Below are positions 57,070 through 64,000 of a stretch of DNA of 64,000 bases, in pieces; the stretch's first letter is position 1, and every line of letters starts with the position of its first letter. The notes beneath the pieces are model-generated. The model saw only the letters and a program-made list of their open reading frames with translations. It made no database searches and was not told the DNA's origin. This DNA comes from Octopus vulgaris (taxonomy: Eukaryota), in the NCBI GenBank assembly GCA_951406725.2, contig OX597828.1:372001-436000 (forward strand), read 5' to 3'. A program made the position numbers and the translations under genes.

Positions 57070-59770
57070 TGACACCTCCTTCTATTCCCCTCTGCCCTCT
57101 AACCCCACACGTAGCTACCAACAGACGGTATCCTCTACTGTCCAAGACCTCATCTCGTCCTCCCGTCTCCCCCGCACCGCATCCAACCTAATTGTGCGAA
57201 CCCCACGTACCCCCACCATTTACTTCCTCCCCAAAATCCACAAACCCAACAACCCTGGCCGCCCCATCGTCTCCGCCTGTAACTGCCCCACGGAGCTCAT
57301 CTCTAAATACCTCGACCGTGTCCTTGCCCCCCTAGTGGCATCTCTTCCCTCCCACATCCACGATACCAACCATGCTCTCCGGCTTTTCAACTCTTTCTCC
57401 TTTCCTCCCGGCTCCTCCAAAATCCTTTTTACTATGGACATCCAAAGCCTCTATACTGTTATCCCTCACTACGAAGGACTGCAGGCCCTTCGACACTTTC
57501 TTGACCTCCGCTCTAACCCTGTACCTGACACCTCCACACTCATTCGTCTGGCCGAACTTGTCCTTACTCTGAACTGCTTCTCGTTCGCGGGCGAGTTCTA
57601 CCATCAGGTCTCGGGAGTGGCCATGGGAACGCGAATGGGCCCCAACTATGCGAACCTGTTCGTTGGCTATGTTGAGGCCCAAATATTCTCTAATTTCACT
57701 GGTCCCACTCCTGAACTATATGGTCGTTATATTGACGACATTATCGGTGCCACCTCACTCGCCGCGAACATCTAGATTCCTTCCTCTCTTTCGTCCAATC
57801 TTTCCATCCAGCCCTCCACTTCACTTCCACTATCTCCAACACCTCTGTCTCCTTCCTCGACATTTCGGTTAGCATTCTTCACTCCACTCTTACCACCTCC
57901 ATTCACTACAAACACACAGACTCACACTCATACCTCAACTTCTCTTCCTCCCACCCAGAACACACCAAGCTTTCCATCCCCTATTCCCAATTCCTCCGTC
58001 TACGTAGGCTCTGTAGTGACGACCATGACTTTGAGACTCAGTCTCAACGTATGGCTCACCACTTCACCCTACGTGGATACCCCCTCACCACTATCCACAC
58101 CGCCCTTGCCAGAGCACGGTCCGTGGACCGTGTATCTGCTCTCTCTCCCCGAACCCGCCCTGTAGTCTCCCGCCTCCCTTTTCCCCTCACTTACCACCCC
58201 ACGACCCTACGTCTCCAACGCACCATTCTTCGAGCTTTCCGTCATCTCCAGTCCGACCCGTCCACTTCACACCTCTTCCCTAACCGACCCCTCCCCTCTT
58301 TCAAACGAGCCCACAACCTTCGAGACCTTTTGGTCCATAGCTCCTTCCCTGACCCTACCTCCCAACCCGGCTCGTTCCCCTGCTCCCGCCCACGTTGCCG
58401 AACTTGCCCTTACCTCTCCAACACCACCCGCCTCACTAGCACCCACCATCGACCCTATCCCATCATCCACTCCTTCACCTGCACCTCCAGCAATATTATC
58501 TATTGCATCTCTTGCTCTCTCTGCAATTCCTTGTACATCAGACAAACGGGACGCCGCTTGGCTGACCGGTTCGCGGAACACCTTCGTGACATCCACCTTG
58601 CGAACGACACACCGGTCTCACGCCATTTCCGCTCCACCGGTCACTCCTTGCAACACCTATCTGTGTTCGGTTTGTCCTTACACAGAGGCCATCCGGATTC
58701 CCGTTTGCGCCGTGAACAGGAATTAATCTTCTCTCTTCGCTCTTATACGCCATTTGGTCTCAACTCTCCCCCCTCCTCATCTAACCCCCTCTCCCCCCTC
58801 CTCACCTATCCTTTCTCCCCCGACCCCTACTTCTTCAGTCCTTCATCCTTTCACCCCTACTCCCCTTCCCTTCTTCTCTCTTTCTCCCTCCCTCTTCCCC
58901 TTCCCTCTGCTCCCTCACTCCCTCTCTCCCCTTCTCTTTCCCCCTCTCCCTCTTTCCTCCTTCATCCCCTTCCTTCTCCCCCATCCTCTCCTCTTCCCCC
59001 TTCTCCTCCCCCTCTTCTTCCCCTCCCCTTCTCTCCCCCTCTTCTCCCCTCCCCCTCTTCTCCCCTCCCCCTCTTCTCCTCACTACACCACATGACTTTA
59101 CACATCACATCACATATGATGTGCCATACTAATACACACACCAACTAATACATACTAATACGTACTAATACATACTAGTACATACTAATACTTACACCAA
59201 CCCTATACATACACACGTCCAGACCCCGCATACGCACTTATACTCTCTCTCACACACACACACACACCTATACATACCAATACGTACTAATACATACTAA
59301 TACATACTAATACATACACCAACCCCATACATACGCACGTCCAGACCAATCCTACGCACTAATACTCTCTCATACACACACACACACACACACACCCTTA
59401 TACATACTAATACATACACCAACCCTATACATACACACATCCAGACCCCTCCCACGCACTTTTAGCTGGTCCCCTCAACCCTTTTATCAACCCTATTATC
59501 TCCCCTTATTTCCGCTCTCGCGTCTCATGTTTGATCTTTGACCTCTGGCCGAAATCAGATCGCCATGTTGATTCGTTAGCTACTGCACGCATTTTTTTTT
59601 CTCTCCTTCTTTCTGTGTTTTTCTCTCTCTGTGTATCTTTCTGTTGAAGAGCGTAGGCTCGAAACGTTAAAGACTTGTTTTATTTATATTTCCTGAGCAC
59701 CATACTAATACAATTGTTTGTTTGTTTTCCACCTGCCTTCGTCTTTTGTTTATTTTCATAAAGCTTCCCG

Positions 59771-59771
<1 letters not shown>
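57070..59771 (+). mobile_element. 5'-truncated Penelope-like element (Neptune-type RT plus GIY-YIG) with 3' hammerhead
   Basis: [37 protein letters not shown] and RYIDD. Frameshift near 57760. Linker CSRPRCRTC and IIYCISCSLCNSLYIRQT..RFAEH (the YIG Gly is mutated). Flanked by (TA)n. Confidence 0.93.
59636..59673 (+). ncRNA. Minimal type I hammerhead variant (CUGUUGA core)
   Basis: TCTTT-CTGTTGA-A-GAGC GTAG GCTC-GAAA-CG-TT-AAAGA. Confidence 0.7.
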
Positions 59772-59818
<47 letters not shown>

Positions 59819-59823
59819 TCACA

Positions 59824-60723
59824 CGAGGTGCTTTCAAAAAGTGTCCGACTTTAATCTTCCCCGCCGAACTCATGCCACGTGGACACAATCCTTCGGATGG
59901 GAGGTGATGCCTCCCTTCCTGAGCATGCGTGAAAAAATTTTCCCCGGTAAGCCGCCGCGTCAGTTTCCGGCTGTAACGCCAAGTGTACAGACGTGTGGTG
60001 TGCGCTCATTGGATTTTCACTTTCACCGAACTCATCAAGCAGAGGTATTGTATCAAGTTTTGCCAAAAGTTGAGTGAAACTCAAGTACAAATCATCCAGA
60101 AGATTCAGAAATCCTTTGGCGATGATACCATGGATAGGACTCGGAGGAAATGGTGGCAGAAGGGCTTCAAACTTGGAGATCGAGCCATGCTCAGGTAGGC
60201 CATCTACAAGACGAAACGTAAAGTCAATAGAGAAGGTTCAGTGAATAGTCATAGAAGATTGTTGTGTAACAATGCAGGAAGTTAGTCACGAAATGGGAAG
60301 AAGCAGTGAATCAGTGCATTCCATTTTAATGGAAGATTTGTGCATGCGGAGAGAATCGGTGAAATTCGTCTGCAAGATGCTGGTGAAGAAGCAGCATCAA
60401 CTCGTCATAGAAATCGCTCAGGACATGCTGGACGGCAAACTACGACCCAAACTTCATGATGACCATCATCACTGATGATAAGACACGGGTTTAGTGTCTC
60501 TGTTAGAAACGTTCGCTCCACGAGCGCGCACTGAACGCCTGCAATCCGACGAGCGTGCACTACACACCTGTATAACACATAGTGACTGATGTAGTCTGCC
60601 GGCGCGAAAGTTTTCACGCATGCGAAGGGAGAGTGGTGTTATCTCCCGCTCAAAGAATTTTGTCCATGCAACATTAGCTTTGCTCATGCAGCATTAGGTC
60701 GGATACTTTCTGAATGCACCTCG
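59824..60723 (+). mobile_element. Internally deleted mariner element
   Basis: Imperfect ~28-bp TIRs CGAGGTGCTTTCAAAAAGTGTCCGAC / GTCGGATACTTTCTGAATGCACCTCG. Contains QRYCIKFCQKL and IITDDKT. remnants. Confidence 0.85.
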
Positions 60724-60761
60724 TACAAATGTGTATGTATATGTGTGCATAATGCGTGTGC

Positions 60762-60935
<174 letters not shown>

Positions 60936-60946
60936 TATATATAATG

Positions 60947-60985
<39 letters not shown>

Positions 60986-62222
60986 GTGGGTATGTATGTA
61001 TGCATGCATGTATGAATGTATGTATGTACGTATGTATGTATGTATGTATGTATGTATGTATGTATGTATATGCAAATGAGGCCCCTCGAATCGTTGATCA
61101 ACTCGGTACTATAGTGCCGTGAAATACTAACTTTGTGACTAATTCTGCTGCGTTCTGTACCTTCCATTGTGATTATTTCTGTGCCAGATATCAAAGTGAC
61201 AGTTCCCGCTAAAAACGTGGTTCAAACGTTTAAAATGCAGATATTTGACGCAATGTCACAATTTTACTTCTGCTCCAGACGGATGAACATAATAATTGAG
61301 GAAATCACTGTTTTGAAAACTGGAGAGCATGTGACGGACCAGCCATCAGAAAGAGAGACCGTCTGAGAACAAAAGCAACCCAGACGAGTTTGTCGAGCGT
61401 TCAACAACGCGAACAATTTTATGAAAGCTGAAAGAACGAAACAATGCAGTCAGAGCTGTAATCAAAGTACGAAAAGATAAATATAAAATAACAGCTCCTA
61501 GAAGACATGATGGAACTATTAGAAGCTGACTTTAGAAATAATAATAGTCAGTCTTTAAAGTCAGTCTGTGAAATGGAGGGAAATCTTAAAAATAAAATAC
61601 AATGCAATAAAAGATAAAAATGGCTGCTTACAAGCAAACGCAACTGAGATCATTTAATGCTGGAGAGATCGATTTAAACAACATTAATTATAAATTCCAA
61701 CACAACCTGGATGCATGAAGTGAAACCCGGAATGGTCCGTCTGATGCAGAAACTCGTGCAGTGCAATTAAAAGACAGGTACAATATCATAGAAACAAACG
61801 CTACTGATTTACTTTAATATTGGAAGGATTGTGTGTGGGGGGGGGGCAATGTATTAACTCTAAATTCCAACACAACTGTTAACAAAATCTAGAATGGTTT
61901 GTCCACTGCAGAAACCCTTACAAAAATAACAACAAAAGAAATGAAGAGAAAAAAATGAAAGACCTCTACTGGTAATACGGATACCATCAGTGGTAAAGGA
62001 CTAAAATCAGGGAGAGAACACGTGGTTTCTATTTGGTCAATAATATTCAACACAGGGGGCTGGCGTGGCTGTATGGTAAGAAGATTGATTCCCGACCAAA
62101 TAGTTCCGTGTTCAGTTCCACTGCGTAGCATCTTAGGCAAGTGACTTCCACTATAGCTTTGGGCCAACCAAGTCCTTGTGAGTGGATTTTGGTAGATGGA
62201 AACTGAAAGAAGCCCATTATGA

Positions 62223-62273
<51 letters not shown>

Positions 62274-62306
62274 CACTTATACATACATGAGAACACACAC
62301 GTTCAC

Positions 62307-62350
<44 letters not shown>

Positions 62351-62885
62351 ACACACACACGTCCATTTCATACACACGTACATATACCTTTCAATTTCTT
62401 CTCTCTTTCACTTTAAAACAAAAGTAAATAAATATCATTTTTTTTACGGAAATTAACGAACTCCGGATGACAGCCCTGAGAGCCAAAGCGAAAGATCGCC
62501 ATTCACTTAAAAATAATTTTTAAAAACATTAAAATAGTGTCTGTTTAAAGAAAGCTAAAATATAAATACTTACTCCACAAACAACTTACATTTTTGAAAT
62601 CACATTCAGTTAAAAATATTTGTAAATCATTAAAATATTCTATTCTGCTCTAGGCACAAGGCCCGAAATTTTTAGGGAGGGGGCCAATCGGTTAGATCGA
62701 CCTCATTACGCAACTGGTACTTAATTTATCGACCCCGAAAGGATGAAAGGCAAAGTCGACCTCGGCGGAATTTGAACTCAGAAAATAAAGACAGACGAAA
62801 TACTGCTAAGTATTTCGTCCGGCGTGCTAACGTTCCTTCCAGTTCGCCGCCTTTAAATGATTAAAATATTGTGTAGTTCAAAAAG

Positions 62886-62979
<94 letters not shown>

Positions 62980-62982
<3 letters not shown>

Positions 62983-64000
62983 AACATCGGGGGACGTTTA
63001 AGATGTAAGAACGATAAAACAGAGCTCCGAAATCTATCCACAAACATCGAAAACAAAGACATCGCATGGAGCCAAAAATTTACTAAGAAAGGATTGGACT
63101 ATATCCGAGTAAGTAATACTCATTAAAATTTATTACTATTTTCGAAACGAAATGATGTATTTTAACTCGATATCATCTCCACCTCTAACACAACACATGT
63201 AAACATGCGTGGAACATTACGACCCATCAACACCAGATCATCCCCGACCCCAAACACCATGTACAAAAAAACTACGAAGAAATTAAATACCACCGATATT
63301 ATTCAACCCAAGAATAACAATCGGGAAGTACGTACTTTAAACTTACAACACAAAATGTACGAAAAACTACACGTGCAAAACAATGTGACAACAGAAATGA
63401 ACGGACCGGTACCCTACGAAAATGACGACCGTCAAAATAATGGGCCGGACGTTGTTCCTCATGTCCCGCAAATAAAACCCAAAAGACATAAATGGACACG
63501 TGAGGAATACATTTCTATCCTACACGCATACTTCACAGCAGTGCTCTACCCAAAAAATGAGAACACAACAACACATACATATAAAATATGGCAGGAAAAT
63601 AACATAAATATAGACTTGGATACAGCAATGAACTCTAATAAACTAGCTAATGTACGAAGATACATTCTCAACGCAAAAAAAATATCAGAAATAGAAATAG
63701 AACATCTAAAAGAAAAAATACACCAGGAAAATGTAGATAGAAGCCCAATACTATAAACACTAAAACAGTAAAACACGAAGACAAACGTAACATTCCCAAC
63801 AAACACGATGTAAACAAAAAACAACAAACCCAGACCGTAAGGATGCATAATAATACACGACAAACAGTAAGCCAAAACACGACAAACAAACATATAAATA
63901 AGAAAGAAACCGACACAAATCTAAAACCTGGAAACAACGAAGGGGAGCCTAATGATTATGATAATATAAAAAGTAAAATAATCAAAGAACTGAAAACCAC
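62980..64000 (+). mobile_element. Probable 5' end of an R4/Dong LINE following (TAA)n
   Basis: Begins directly after a TAA array. ORF 63205-63756 has RHKWTREE...AYF...W...N.LANVRR.I, resembling the N-terminus of R4/Dong proteins. Runs off the window. Confidence 0.6.

Noticed and set aside
62470-62500. CTGAGAGCCAAAGCGAAAGATC, hammerhead-like
   Set aside because: The core lacks N7 and no stem I pairing is possible.

Overview
This is an AT-rich, microsatellite-dense eukaryotic window. The SINE/LINE families and gene content suggest an octopus-like coleoid cephalopod, which is an inference. Two host genes can be assembled from splice sites and they converge. The first is the last four coding exons of a chitin synthase (+ strand, 34-7022; GEDR, QRRRW and WGTRE motifs). 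The second is a complete 5-exon NDUFS4 (- strand, 26245-13266, 163 aa) that the ORF track misses. The rest is mostly transposon debris: RTE, Tx1/L1 and R4/Dong LINEs, Penelope-like elements (PLEs), Gypsy, mariner, piggyBac, Chapaev3 and tRNA-SINEs. The most notable structure is at 45917-47410. It is a non-coding 533-bp unit arranged as two head-to-head, circularly permuted, longer-than-monomer arms inside a (TA)n tract, carrying three intact type I hammerhead ribozymes. This is a candidate retrozyme/circRNA-type element. Two further hammerhead variants sit at the 3' ends of the two PLEs. One PLE is joined to a fold-back duplication by a short (TTAGGG)n tract.
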